NCBI GenBank assembly: GCA_028534125.1 | Contig: CM052817.1 | Coordinates: forward strand, 69,194,001 to 69,258,000 | Direction of reading: 5' to 3' | Origin: Lama glama | Lineage: Eukaryota | DNA: 64,000 bases | In this document: positions 13,751-27,510 of the stretch, piece by piece | Layout: the number at the start of each line of letters is the position of its first letter | How positions within the stretch are numbered: position 1 is the first letter of the stretch | Notes under the pieces: model-generated | What the model saw: the letters and a program-made list of their open reading frames with translations, nothing else | What the model was told of the DNA's origin: nothing | Databases searched by the model: none | Position numbers and translations under genes: made by a program

Positions 13751-14189
13751 CTCTAGGTCTGTGGTTACTCACAGGGCCATGGAAGAAGTCGAATGTGGTC
13801 TGAGAGACTGGATAGATTGGACAAGCTATCAAAAAATTGTCTGGCTTACGATAACTACTTAATATTAATCCTTCCTTCCACACAGGCCCAATTTGCCACA
13901 GAACTTCCATTTTTGATCATTGTCCCACTAGAGCATACTGTAAAAATTGTTTGGGAAACATCATTAGAATCTAAGCGTCACCCTGCTAATACTGCCCTCT
14001 TTCTTTTCTCTTTAAAAACAGAGTAGTGATTTAGCTCACAAGAAATAAAATGAATTAGTCACAGTTTTTTTTTTTGGTTGTGGTGGAATCAGTTAGGGTC
14101 CCACCAGTGAGGAACTGATGGCATATTTAAGCGGTGAATTTAAAGAGTATAAAGGGTCTATTTACAGCAGTGTGGGCAAGATTTACAAC

Positions 14190-14652
14190 AGGAATGTCCA
14201 TTAGTGGGAGCTGCATAGTAATTTAGAATTTTCTAATAACCACATTAAAAAAGTGAAAAGAAACAGGTAAAATTAATCTTAATAATATGCTTAGCTTAAC
14301 CCAACCTATCCAAAATATTATCTTAATATGTAATGAATATAAAAGTTATTAGTAAGATATTTTTCCTTTTTTTCATATTAAGTCATTGAAATCTGGTGTA
14401 TATTTTACATTTACAGCCCATCTCAGTTTAAATAATAAATTCTCAAGTGAAATGTGGTCCTACCAAAATAATAAAGTGGTGTTAAATGGAAAAATGTGTT
14501 ATACTATTTCTGGCTTTTAAATTTAAATTTAATTAATTCTAACTAAATAAAATTAAAAATTCAAATCATCAGTTTCACTATTATGATAACCACATCATTG
14601 AGTGTCAGTAGCTGCATGTGGCTAGTGGCTACCATGTTGGATGGTGCAGGTT
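14190..14652. mobile_element. hAT-Charlie non-autonomous DNA transposon (MER33/Charlie5-like), apparently nested in an old LTR (~14080-15130)
   Basis: cacattaaaaaagtgaaaagaaacaggtaaaattaat and terminal catgtggctagtggctaccatgttggatggtgcag are characteristic of the MER3/MER33 family. Confidence 0.75.
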
Positions 14653-16011
14653 TACAGACACAAAAGAGATGGTGCAGTAGTCTGAGGTGAGTAGGGCAGG
14701 AAAACATGATCTCTTTTAAGCCTGAAGAGGAGGCGGTGATTGCAGAAACCTGAATAGTGCTGCTCTGTGGAAATAGCCCCCTCCATATATATCTTTGGTT
14801 GAGGTACACACCTAACCTAGATGGCCATATACAGAGGGAACAAAAGGTGTAAGTACCTGGAACCACACTCTTCTAGAAGCATGCTGTTACCCTGACTTTC
14901 CAGAAATGGAAGCTCTGATTTGTAACATTTGTTCATTTCCATGGTATAAATTCTGCAGTCATGGCTGATTGAAAACTAACAACATGATGTCACCGAAGGC
15001 AGAGTCAGGGGGCTGGGATCTCTTCTGATGACCAAACTCAACTGGGAACCAGAAGCAAGGGTGCCCCTGATACATTCCTGGGACACTGAAAGGCTGGGAA
15101 AGGGTCAGAAAGGGTAACTGGGAAACATACTCAGTGCTCAAAATAAAGACCTGCCTATCTTTTCCTCTCTTCCTTCTGCACATATGGAAGAAAATGAGGA
15201 CAGTAAGGAAGCTGAGATCTATAGCACCATCTCTGAAGGTAAGATGTTAAATAAAATAGGCATCAGATTATTTCTTTTTCAGATTAAAAAGTTTCGTTTT
15301 CTGTGAGTATAGAATTTATGCAGAGGAAGAATGCCCTTCCAGTACCAATCTATGGTGGACACCACTTGGGGAAAACAGCTCAGACATAACCTCACAAATT
15401 CGGAGCACATTTCTTTTTTCTTTGCAATGGGTTAGGAAAAATTTTTGTGAAAGTAATTTTACAGACAATTATTAAAAGGTTACTTTTTTGGTATGAAACA
15501 GTGTGTTTGTTTATACTAATAATATAATTTTCAGTGTATTGACAAAAATGATGTGCTGCATAGATAAACTGTGGCTCCCCATTTTAGGAATCACCCAGGT
15601 TTGTACACCTGTATTCTTCTACTGTTGTCTTCACCTTTTACCCCAGTAATCCTTCCAATCCTTTCTTCTGGTTCCATTCCATTGCAGCAGGAATCCAAGT
15701 CTTCACACACTGCACTCCAGGGCTCTGCCCAAACCACCCAGCCTAGCATCCCCACCTGATTCTTCCTAAGATGCCACTTTTTATGTTATCCCATGCTCAA
15801 GAACCTTCAGGGCTCTTTTGCCTACAGAAACAAGTCCAAATTCTTGGCCTGGCCTTCAAAGAACTCCATAACTTGAATTTAATCTGCATTTCTAAAGTTT
15901 CATCTGAGCACGTGCATGTAGCCAGATCAAGCTCTTACAACCTTCAGAACACAGGCCCAATTTGCCACAGAATTTTCTTGCATACTGACTCCTTATTTTC
16001 TCCAGTGCTCC

Positions 16012-16012
<1 letters not shown>

Positions 16013-16051
<39 letters not shown>
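16013..16051. repeat. (AC)19 microsatellite
   Basis: Perfect dinucleotide run. Confidence 0.95.
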
Positions 16052-16053
<2 letters not shown>

Positions 16054-16829
16054 TGCAAGTAGACACAGGTACACATCAGAATACTACTTTTCTTCATCTG
16101 TAAATTTCCAAATCCCACCCAGCAGTGAGGCTCCTTGTTGGTTTCAAGCTTTTTGAAACCTTCATAATCGTTCAGCCTCCATCCTTAGCTCCAAACCCGG
16201 AACTCCAGTACAGTTCATTCCCTCACTCATTCTGCCACTCGGATCCTCTAACTTAAGTTGTTTCCATGACCCATCTTGCATCGCTCTCTTTTAGTCTCCA
16301 TCCTAACATGAAACTCTAAACATGATCCCATGAAGCCAGAAAGGCGACCAGATTTTGAATCCAAATCACGGGCTAAACTTTCCTCAGAGTCCTAAGATGA
16401 GCAGCAGGCTGTGAAATGCCAACAGCTTTCACAAACCAATGTAACAAGGTTAGCTCTGCTTGCACAGATCTATCCTATTATCGTCAGTGACAAAGAGGGG
16501 GCTGGTGTGCCCTAAGCCCTGGAATCACTGGGTTACTTGATGAAAGATTTGATTAAGAAATAGCAGAAATGCTAAAGGTTTGGGTTAAGTGCCAACCTGT
16601 AGTTAAGTGTCACACTTTCCCCCTGCGTATCTCTGCATTGGCAAACAGCTTTCTGATTGGCTCAGGGAATGCAGCTTGGTTCACCTGAGCCCAGTGTCTC
16701 TGGTGTGGTCTCTAGAATTGCTGCAGTAACATCCCTCCCCACCTGCTGCCCCTTCCCCACCTCTCAGCCATTAAAGATTTGCCCTGAGGGTTTGCTTTTG
16801 AATTCAGGCTATTACTGAAGATCTGAAAC

Positions 16830-17030
16830 AGCAATCCTCAACCTGTGCTCCAAGACATGCTAATAGATGTTAGTGCAGATGGAAGTGTATATTAAAGTAA
16901 ATTTGGGATATGCTGGCTAGAACAAAGGTAAATTTCTTTACTGCAGGAATTTTCAGAGCCTTTACTAGGCTAATGTGAATTGTGAATTAGTAGTAGGTAG
17001 CACTGACACATATTTGACTAGAAAAATCTC
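16830..17030. mobile_element. hAT-Charlie non-autonomous element (MER103/MER112-like)
   Basis: ctgcaggaattttcagagcctttactaggctaatgtgaattgtgaat motif. Confidence 0.5.
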
Positions 17031-18784
17031 CTCCCCACCCCCGCCTAAACTCTGGCCTCAGAACATGAGAACGTATCTCATAGGGTTGCTGTGAAGATGG
17101 AGCTGAGTTATTGCATGGAAAGCACTTAGAACAGTGCCTGGCAGAAGATGAAAGCTCTTTGCATGTATTGCTCTCCTTGTCGTAACATAAATGTGTAAAT
17201 GAGACCTCACCAGGTGTTCCTGTGTCCTCGGAGAAAGAGCGAGTTGTGTGTGAATTGAGGGGGGGTCTTCACTGAAAGAAGGATCTTCACTATGAAGATC
17301 CCTGGATACTGCCCAGAACCAGTATGGCTCTCTCTTTGAGTCAGAAAACAGTTTAAATGCAGAAAAGTTTATTCTTTTCCATTTTTCCTAAAGCCTGGCT
17401 AAGCAGGGTTCAATCAAATAACGTGGAGGAATGGTTCAGAGCACAGCCTTCACAGTCTGGCTTAAATCTTGACTCTTTCACTGGTGACCATATACCCATG
17501 GGCAAATTGTTTAAAGGAACTATGCCCAAAAATTTGTAAAATTTTTAAAATAATATTTATCTCTCTGGGTTGTTGTCAGTAACTCAAGAGAGCATGTTTA
17601 TGAAGTACTGGTAAAATGATCAATAAATTGGAAGTTCCTAGTAGCTCAGTAATAGACTCATTTCTCTAGTTTATTTAAACTGTGGAAGACTAGCTAGCTT
17701 TGCCCAGGTAGTCACTGCCACAGTATCTGTAAGGTCCAATTTGCCTCACACCTAATATTTAGTAAATATATTGGCCCTCGTGTTGCTGTCTGATTGGATT
17801 GTTGAATTAGGCCATTGAGGGTAACTCCACGCTGTTAGGACTTGAGGAGGGGATGCCATGCAAGCTCTCAGTGACCACTGCTCTGAGCAGACAAAACAGG
17901 CTAATTAGATTTCCCAAGATCCAAAAGCAATCTCTGAAGCAACTCTGGTACTCCTTAATTTTTTAAAACCGATAAACAATTTCTAATATTATAAAGACAT
18001 TTAGTTCCTAGGTAAAATAAAAAGTAATCACAAGTTCATAGCTTTGAATAGGAAAGTTGTGAATAATATGGAAGTTATTCAGCATCCAGTGGTGGGAAGC
18101 TATGGGAAGAATCATTTTAATTTTGGATGTTTCATGCAACCCTGCTAACGTTATTTATCCTATCTGGGCAGGGAGAAAACTGGCAAGCATTGTGAGATGG
18201 GGAACTTTTGTGAGTTAATGGAAATGTTGCAGCTGACCAACAAAGAAACTTCTTCAGCCAAAATCAAAACAAAGATATTAACTTGGAAGGGGGAAAAAAG
18301 CCTGCAGCATCACAATATCATGCATTGAAACCTTATCTAGTGGTTGAAGTAACTGGGTTTGAAGAACTCAAAGAGCATGTTGTGGTTTATGGAAGTAGCC
18401 GGCAGACACTGTATTTAGCAGCCTCTCCACTATTAAGTTCACACACCACCCTCTCCTCTCACCAAGTGGGGCCATTTAGCCTTCTTTATCTCTGGATTGC
18501 TACCATCTGAAGAGCTCTTAAGGACACAAGCCAAGCTTTCTGAGCTTCCAGTGAAATGCTCATGCAATGCAGGCTGTTTCCGAAGACCAGTGTGGCCCCC
18601 ACACATCTGATGATTTGCTTACATTCACTTAAGATAACTTTTCAGAGTTCACTTACACGATTTCGGCCCAGGATTTAAACACATCCATCCCTCTTTCTTC
18701 CAGAAAGAAGTCTTCCAAAACAATCACATACACACACTTACTCACAAATGATCCTCATTACAAGTTCCCAGGTAAAGTTTATAA

Positions 18785-18892
18785 CACCTATAATGGAAAA
18801 GAATCTGAAAAAGAATCTTTTTCTATAACTGAATCACTTTGCCGTACACCCAAAACATTGCAAATCAACATCACTTCAATTTAAAAAAATTG
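18785..18892 (+). mobile_element. Severely 5'-truncated cetartiodactyl L1 3' tail (~110 bp)
   Basis: cctataatggaaaagaatctgaaaaagaa...ataactgaatcactttgccgtacacc...aaatcaac plus A-rich tail; 10-bp TSD aagtttataa at 18775-18784 and 18893-18902. Confidence 0.85.
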
Positions 18893-21800
18893 AAGTTTAT
18901 AATAATTCTGAATTAAATAATTCAAAGAGTAGGTTACCCTGAGTTAAACCAGCTATTGCAGAAACAAAATAATTTGAGGGTTAGAGACCAATTCTCTTTT
19001 TCTCTTTTATAATTCAGCGCCATGACTTTCTTTGTGTAAAGAACAGGAGAGTCCCCAGGGAAGAATAAGGAGCCTTGCTAAGGAACTTACCAAGTTAACC
19101 CTTTCATGGCCACCAATGGCCCCATCCATCCGGCCCCAGCTGCTCCCCTTTCAAGTCCTGCTACTCCTCTGAGGACTGTCTTGCACACCTGACACCAGAG
19201 CAAGCACCACAAGGCTCTTGTCTGACCAGCACATGGGTGCTTAACTGCTCACACAGCTGCAGGGAGACCGTAGGACTTATTCCATCATTCATTTTTCTAG
19301 TAAAATATGCTGTTATTCTACCACAGAAAGTTTCTCAAGACTGGTATATTATTTTATTAAAAATGTTGGCCTCATTTGTTATAGATGATATTTTTAATGC
19401 CATGAACAGTACTAGTTATATATAAACTGGACTATACCTAAAATACATTCTAAATATATACCTAAAATATTAATTTCGTATAATCCAATTTGTTTCCTTT
19501 TTTGTTTCCAGAATGTAATAATATTAAATATTATATTAAGACATTATAGTCCTAATGTCATTTTCTAAGACAATATTTTTGAGAATTAATGAGACAAATT
19601 AAAATGTATAGTATTTTTGTTAATCTCTTTATTTTTCTTTAGCTTATAGACAGTATTGTAAATATGTTGATTAGAGTTCTAAAATTCTTTTTCCCACTTA
19701 AACTATTTTATATAAGAATTTATGTTAAAATTAAACTTTATCTCAGAAATTTCACCCATGGCCCACTTAATTGACTTTTTTTTCATTTTAGATTAGATAA
19801 AAGCCTCAATGGATATTCTATTATTTCTCATGAAAAAGATACACAGAATGAATTCATTTTGCTCTTGCTTATTCACTTTTTGCTGAAGACATCTTTAAAA
19901 AATAAATTCACCGATATGAATTCTCATAACCTATATATAATGTAGGAGGGAAAACAAAACATTATCATGTGCAGAATGAGGTCACTGAGGAACAGGATTT
20001 TATGTATTTAAGTACTGTTTCACCATGAGAAATCCAAAAGAAATTTTAATTTCCTATTTTCACTTATTCAGCCATGTGAATATTTGTCCCAAACTCTTAA
20101 TTTGTGATATTGAGAGATCCTTAAAGTGGAAGAAAAGTTCTGAAGAATTAAAAACCAAAGAAGTCTACTTTGGAAATCTTTCATTTGTGATGAAAATCAA
20201 ATAGACAAAGTATATTTGTCATTCCAGATCTTCATAGTCACAGACTCTCTTAAATGATAAGTGTTTGGATACAAATCTGGCCCCACCTAGAATAATTTGT
20301 AGATCAGATTTTAAAAATAGTCTGATTCAATTTATGGAAGACACAGAATATTCAACTACAAGGAAAAAAGTGTAAACTTAGAGATTTCTTATTTCAAGTG
20401 TTCTGATCAGGATTCTATTCTATTTCTAGGAAAGGTAACTGGACACCTCTCATTGTGAGTTTATAGGATTGTAAATTTAATATGCTACCAAGAAAGGATT
20501 TTGAATGCAGTTCTGTCGAGCCCAGAGTTCTACAGTAAACTAGGAAATCACGTGGATGTTGAAGTTGACAGGTCTTAGAGGCCACAACTACCCTCACGCT
20601 CAAAGACATCAAAGAAAGGACAACGTCTGGTGATTAACCTCACACATAAGATTACTGGGCCATGGGATGGAGACAGGTTTTCATAGTCCCTCTGGTGGCC
20701 TGTTTTGATAGCCTAAAAATCAGCGAGGCAAGGAAAAACCGCTGCACAAGACTGGCCCTCTCCTTTCTAAGGCAGTTGTGGCAGGAATACAGCATGTGGG
20801 TCTGTTTCCTGCTTCTCCGAAAAGTGTCTGTCTGACGCCTAGTTTAGCCTTTTTCAGTAGGCCAAGGTTAATGCTGAGTTAACAATAAATTACATACAAT
20901 TTTAAAAAGAAATCATTGAGTTGAGATGAAGTGTAGGAAGTTTTCACCATATTAAATATAGATGAATATATTAAACATTCCCTCTAAATTGACACACAAT
21001 TGTCTATAGAACTCTCCTAGAGAGTTCTATAACACAGAAGAGCCCAATTACTTCTATAAAATCTCTGACTTTAGAAGTTTTTGCCTTAGTCAAAATTCAG
21101 GTTTAATCTCTCTGATGCCTGCCCGTTAGTCCTAGTTCTTTCTTCCACGTATAAAGAATAACTATTTCCATCTGACGAGCTATGATGCAAGAGTGCTTCC
21201 TGTATCCTCAGCACCTAGCACAGGCCCTAACAGTGCTACGTCATAGGCTTTGAATAAAAACGTTTAATAATTGAGTGAATGAATGAATAATTACTTCGTA
21301 TCAACACTTAAAATATTGCTTGATATTCTTTCCAGGTTAAAAAGTTTCAGTTGTTTTATTTGTTCATCCTATGAAATAATTTTCAGATTTTTTTTTTAAT
21401 CAGCCAAGTACTACTTGTTTTGGTGGGAATATATAGATCACATTTATGCATATAATGTCAATATGCAAATAGATTCATTTCCTTCTGTAATATATAAGAA
21501 ACTACCAAGAGTATCAGTAAGATTATCTGGGGCCAATCAGCTATCCAGGCACTCAAGAGACATATTTCTTAAATTCCTTAGAGATCAGTTCTTCCTTTAC
21601 CATGCCAATGGAAAAACTTCCTCACAATTTCATCCAAAGAAAGTTATTGGAGGACAGGAACTTAGCAAGTTCACAAACCAAAACATCCATGATAAAGGTC
21701 CTGGTAGCTTAAATACTGACTTTTCTTCTCAAAAATTATCAAGACTTAGGTGTATTGAAATAAATATTCAGGTCTGCAATTATGCGTGCATGTGTTATCA

Positions 21801-24800
21801 GTTCCTCAGGCACTTTTTCGTGGGCATTATACTTACCATTCTCATTTTAAATAGTTTCTTCTTTTTCCCTTGTAGGTCTACCAAATTACATCTGACTAAA
21901 TATACATATTTTGCGAAAATGGATTCCATCAGAGTGTAATCTTACCCAACTATTGTTTTCTTCTGGAGGAAATAATGGGGAGCATGTGCAGCCACTTAAT
22001 ATCAGGCTCCTGTTTCTAGAATTACAGTCTTAAAGCTGCCGGGACTATTCAAGAACAAGGATGGTCTGGAGATCGTTGGGCATATGAAACACCCTGTTTG
22101 TGAACATTTACTCAGGTGAGGCAGGAGAATGCTAAACAACTTGCATAGAGAACTTGAAATATCCAAGCAAAGGATGTGGGTCATTTTTTTCCTTCTCAGT
22201 TGTCAAGACATCCTGTTTTTCCACAAAATAAATGAATCATGTTTTCTAATCTATTTTGAATGTATTTTCTAGCCCATTCTGTTTCAATCTCACAATGTGG
22301 GAGCCCTCCATCTGGCCACAAACAAGATATTTTGCTTACATTTCTTCTGGAAGAAGAGTACCTAAAGTGTACCCACATTTTTCTGTCAAATTGCTGCAAT
22401 CACTTTGGGTATGTACGGGCAGAAAGGTGTATTTACATCTCTTCCTTTACTCCACTAAAGGCAACCAGTCAATGTTCCTTCCAAAAGCATTCTTTGAAAT
22501 AGAGGCCAACAAGCAGTTTACAATAAATCTCATTTAACTTAGTACCTCTAGCCAAAAAAGAATAGTGATTTAATTTTAAAAGAAAATCTTCAATGTATTC
22601 TCCTATAAAGGGTGTAGTTCTATACAATATTAATAATACCTTTCACAAGTGTATGTTTAATAAATTTGTTGGCAAATTTTCTCAAAATTAGTCATATACA
22701 AATAGCCATAGCTAATCAGAAAAATTGCCCTATGTCTTGTTTAGGGAGAGTAATCTGTTTATTTATGCTAATTACAGGAAGCACTAAATAGCACTTCATG
22801 CTGATGACCATATTAGAAAGCTTATATATGAGGCAGTAAAATCCCAAGTAGTCACATAAATGGATCATATTATAAGAACACGATTTTTCATCTAATAAAA
22901 ATAACTTCCTGAATACTATGTGAAAAAAACTTTCAGAGGAACAACTGAGGCATTAAAAATGGGGGTCACTGACTTAACCAAGATGCAGTGAAGTAGCTTC
23001 TTAGAGTCATCCCTTTTACATTTTGTTAGGGAAAAAGGCAGGAATTGGCTTCAGAGAAAGCATACAAATTCCGGAATCAGAAAGACTTGGATTAGTATCC
23101 TGACCTCAGAGTTTAGGTTTTGTGCCCTTCGGCAAGTTGCTTTGCTTTCCACCTACCTTCTAGAGCCTGCTATGGGAATCACAACTGAATTATGTAAATC
23201 ACCTAGCACAAGGCCTGGCTCATTGTATGTTGCAGGGTTTTAAGAATGCATTAGATGTGACCCTACTTGATAGAGAAAATCTTTCAAATATATGTGTGTG
23301 TGAACATACATATATATGTATACATTTTGAAGGGGATTTATTTTTCTAATTAAACCTTTATTTCTTTAGTTAGCAAAGATATGGCTATATAAAAAGACAA
23401 ACGGCTTACTAAAGATTCTAAGTCTAATTTTTAAATTTTTTCATCTCTTTACTTCAATATCCTGTAGATCACATGTATAACGTAAATTTTAAGTATAAAC
23501 TGCAGTATTTTAAGTTGGTAAGATTTCAACTCTTCAAATAATTCTGATGGAAAGAACTGTGCCTGTGAAAGGAAGGGGAATGTTTTGAAACCTTACTGCT
23601 ATGAAATAATAAACGTGATAATGAAATATGTAATGTGAAAAGAAGTACATAAAGAGGTGGTAAGAGCAGACCTATTGGAGAAAAGGAAAGTGTGTAAAGG
23701 GTGATAAAATGAAAATGCAGACATCAACAGGCCAAATATTTTAAAACAATGCATAGTTTTATAAATATAAAAACCTGCTAAAATTATTGGACTTTAGATT
23801 TGCTATATATCTAATAAATTGTTACTTTTAAGAAGAATTGTCTTTGATTGATGGCAAATTTGCTTTTACTGTGGATTTTTCTTTGCTAGTGTTACACAGA
23901 CTGAAAAACCACAGTTCAGTAGTTTTGAAATGATGTTAATGGCTAGAGATTAAATTACAGTGTTTCTGTTTAATTCATCAAAAATGTAGCACTCATTTCG
24001 ATTAGAATAAAGAATGCCTTTTACAACATTTAGACAAAATGATTATGGGATTTTCAATCTAAGCAAAACTTGCACCATCCATTTTACAGCACTGGACACT
24101 AAACAGTTTTAGCACCTGAAACTTGACTCAGAGTGGAAGCTTCTGTTCAAGAAGCCAAAGGGCAGTTTAAATCTGCAGACCTCAATTTGTTATTTGGTAA
24201 CTATTCAATTTCTTTCTGTCCTGGTACACGCGAATCTTTTTTCATCTTACTGTTTTTCCCATTCTGTATGCTCATAGAGGGAGCCTTGTACCATCTTTCC
24301 TAAATTGTGACCCTTTGAGATACAGTGCACCCACGTAAGTCATAGGACAAGGAGAACAAAATGACTACGGTCCATTTTCACGTGCCAGACATGATACCAG
24401 ACTCTTTATACTGTCTCGTAAAATCCTCCTGCTATGCGTATTATCTCCGTTTTACAGATGAGGAGGTTGAAATTTGAATTCAGTCCCTTGTCCACAGCTG
24501 TACAGCCAGGAAGTTTAGCTATCACTACCTTCAAAATCTGTGAGCATTGAGGTAGAAGTTATTCTCAGTTCCACAACTACCTGCACTGTGCTAGCTGCAG
24601 CTGGGTGTGAGGTCAGAGATTTGAAGCTTCCTGGGGAGGAAAACCCAGGTATGACTGGTCTGAAATGGACCTCCCTTCACTTTTCTCCATATCATATGGA
24701 CAGGGCTCTTCTCTCTCCTGAAAACAAACAAAATACCTACCCTCTGTTTAGAAATATAAAGCTTCAATGAGACCGGGCTTTACAACTGTCCAGCATCATA

Positions 24801-24814
24801 AATCTGTACAACAC

Positions 24815-25018
24815 ACAAAGCTAAGGGATGCCAACGATTGCCAAAAACCATCAGAAGAGGCAAGAACGAACCCTTCCCGCAAGCCTTCAAAGGGAGACTG
24901 TTTCTGCCAACACCTTGATTTCAGGCTTCTCCCCTCCAGACTTGTGAGAGAGTAAACTGTTGTTTTAAGCCACCCAATCTGGCGAACTTTGTTTTAAAGC
25001 AGCCCTAGGAAATTAACA
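24815..25018 (+). mobile_element. MaLR LTR 3' part (MLT1-like)
   Basis: ccaacaccttgatttcaggcttc...ccagacttgtgagagagtaaactgttgttttaagccaccc...gcagccctaggaaattaaca. Confidence 0.8.
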
Positions 25019-26369
25019 GAGATCTTGGTAACCCTAAAGGCTTTCCTTTTCTAAGAATTTTCTAAATAAATAACTCCTATATTGACGATATTCATACTTT
25101 CAGGACTAAATTAAGGAAACAGCTTTTTGAGGCAACAGAGCTGGGGTTTAAATCAACTGGTACTGATTATTGTGAAGATTAAATAAATATTTAAATTTCT
25201 TGGCCCCAAATCTGGGAGGTATTTCTTGCTAGGTAAGAAACAATACATTCTCTTTCTTTTTCTTCCCTCTTATCCCAGATTATCTGCAGGTTTTAAGGTC
25301 CTGGAGGGCGGAGATCATGGCATGCCACTTCTCACACCATAATGTACAGTATGCTGTATTTACAAAAGAATGGACTGCTATTTTTTTTAAACTAAAGGAA
25401 TGAAAAGTTCTCTGTTTTCCATAAGGAAAGGCATACAACAGTGCATTACAGAAATTTTCTTGAATAACTAGGAAAAATAAACATTTTGAATTCACAACAG
25501 AGAAAAATCATTGTCCTTTGGAAAGTGGAAGCCTTATCATTACTTCATTGCCTCCACTAGACTACTGCAGACCTCAGCCCTGGAGAACCCTCTGGTCTTT
25601 GTGGACAAGAAATACACTCACCCAATCAAAGACAAGCAGGAAGTGAAATGTTACCCACCATGAAAATCTTACTCTGCACCTAATTTTTTGCACTTGGTAC
25701 ATAATGACTTTTCCATCTTCCTTCAAAGAAAAAAAATCTTCGATTTCAAAACCATGTGTTGGAAGGGGAAAAAAAAATCTGTCCTAAATTATATCATTCT
25801 GAACTAGCTACAAGACATTGTTCCTTCACAAGGCCTGATTCCACAGTGCACAGATACCCAAACAAATTGTTCAGATCTTTTAAGTCCACATTTTTGTCTT
25901 CTGGAACTCTGAGTATCACTGTGTGGCAGTATCGTTAGAAGACCTACTGGTTCTCCCTGCCTTTTACTTGCTTTTTCCATAAGCAGAAGCTGGATCTAAT
26001 TTCCAAATGAAAGACCTCTTCACCAAAAATTTATTTTTATGAAGGAATGGCTTTACAGTGTTTGCCATTTGGGTTCTTTTATTTGGCTTTTTATTCTCTT
26101 CAAAATGTGAATGGAAAATGTTTATCTGCTGGAGGGCTTCACATGCTTCTGCTTTGCTGGCTCCATGGTTTCTACTGCCAAAAAGGAAAAGAAGAGAAAA
26201 AAAAAGAAAGAAAAAGGAAGAGAAAACCACTAGTTATTGAACAAATGTTGAGTCAAAAGCAAATTTGGCATCCCCAAAAGTGTTATAAAAAATTAAAAAT
26301 CAGTCTCCTTCTAATATTCTAACTTCGCGACCTGGGGTTCTGGGTCTACTCCTTGTTAAACTAGTTACC

Positions 26370-26620
26370 CTAGTATAGTGATTAAAATTCCAGGTTCTGT
26401 AATAACATACATGTGTTTGAATTTCAACTGTGCCGCTTACAAGATTACTATGTAATCTTGGACAAATCATTTGACTTTTCTCAGCTTTTGCTTCCTTCCC
26501 TGTAAAATAGGGATAATACCCATCTCTTGGCACCACTGTGAGGATTAAATTAGATAACATAAATAAAATGTTTAGTATAGTGGCAGATAAGTCATCATAT
26601 TCCATAAATGATTAATAGTA
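26370..26620 (+). mobile_element. MIR SINE
   Basis: tgtaatcttggacaaatcatttgac...ctgtaaaatagggataatacc...ctgtgaggattaaattagataac. Confidence 0.75.
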
Positions 26621-26649
26621 AATAATTCATGGCACCGACTGCAGGATTA

Positions 26650-26880
26650 TGGAGAGATCAAAAAGTGAGATCTTTCCTAGCTCAAGTCCACTAAAAACTT
26701 GTTACTTCACAAGTGGTGAACAAGGTGGTGGCTGGTCAGTTCCTTCTGAGCGTGCTGAGGGAAGATTTGTTTTCCGTCTATTCCGGTCATTGTTGGCAGT
26801 CTTTAGTGGTCCTTGGCTTGCCAGTTTCTGCCTTCCTCTTCCCATGGTGTTCTCTGTGTGTGTCTGCTTTCCTGATGGAA
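26650..26880 (-). mobile_element. MaLR LTR fragment (MLT1-like)
   Basis: caaggtggtggctggtcagttccttctgag...ggtccttggcttg...ctgccttcctcttcccatggtgttctctgtgtgtgtct. Confidence 0.55.
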
Positions 26881-27349
26881 ACTTCAGGGGGAACTAGCTA
26901 CTGGATGGCTGAGTCTTTCTCCCCTATACCTGGGTCAGAAGAGGGATCTGTGAAGGACCTCTGTGGAACTCCACCAGAGATCCCTCAGGCTTCATTCTAC
27001 CCAGGCATAGTTCACCATCACTCCAGTCCTAACAGGCGTGCTCCTGTTCCCAGTGTGCCCTTGGCCAACTGGAAAGGCCCAACTCAGAGAGTGACCCCAC
27101 CAGCCTTCATCATCGAGCCAAAAGCTATAAGAGACTCAAGGCTTGGGGGCACTGCCCTAAAGTTCTGCCTTGGCAGAGTTCTGACTTAGATGCAGACGCA
27201 CTCAGTCATAACTCCACAAACAGCAGCTTCGCCCTTTTTTGTCTTCTCAGCCAAGCATATACACCAAATGCCTGAACCAGTAGTTTCCTTTCCTAGTGGG
27301 GCGGAGGGGTGGTCACCATGGCAACAACAAATCACCAGTAGGGCACAAC

Positions 27350-27510
27350 TAACCTGTCTCAGGCTAGGTCCATCTTCATCACATCCCCTGGGAACTTATT
27401 AAGATGCAAAATATTAGGCTCCACCCCAGACCTGCTAAATCAGAATTTGCTTTCTAGTAAGATTCCCAGGAAATCTGTATGCACATTATAACTTGAGAAG
27501 CCTGCTCTAA
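27350..27510. mobile_element. MER5-like hAT MITE
   Basis: aggctccaccccagacctgctaaatcagaat...gcacattataacttgagaagcctgctcta. Confidence 0.7.

Noticed and set aside
21415..21939. 174-aa ORF, the longest in the track
   Set aside because: TTG start, no recognisable domain or homology, AT-rich intronic context; consistent with chance.
26713..27189. 158-aa ORF
   Set aside because: Overlaps a MaLR LTR fragment and resembles no protein family I recognise.
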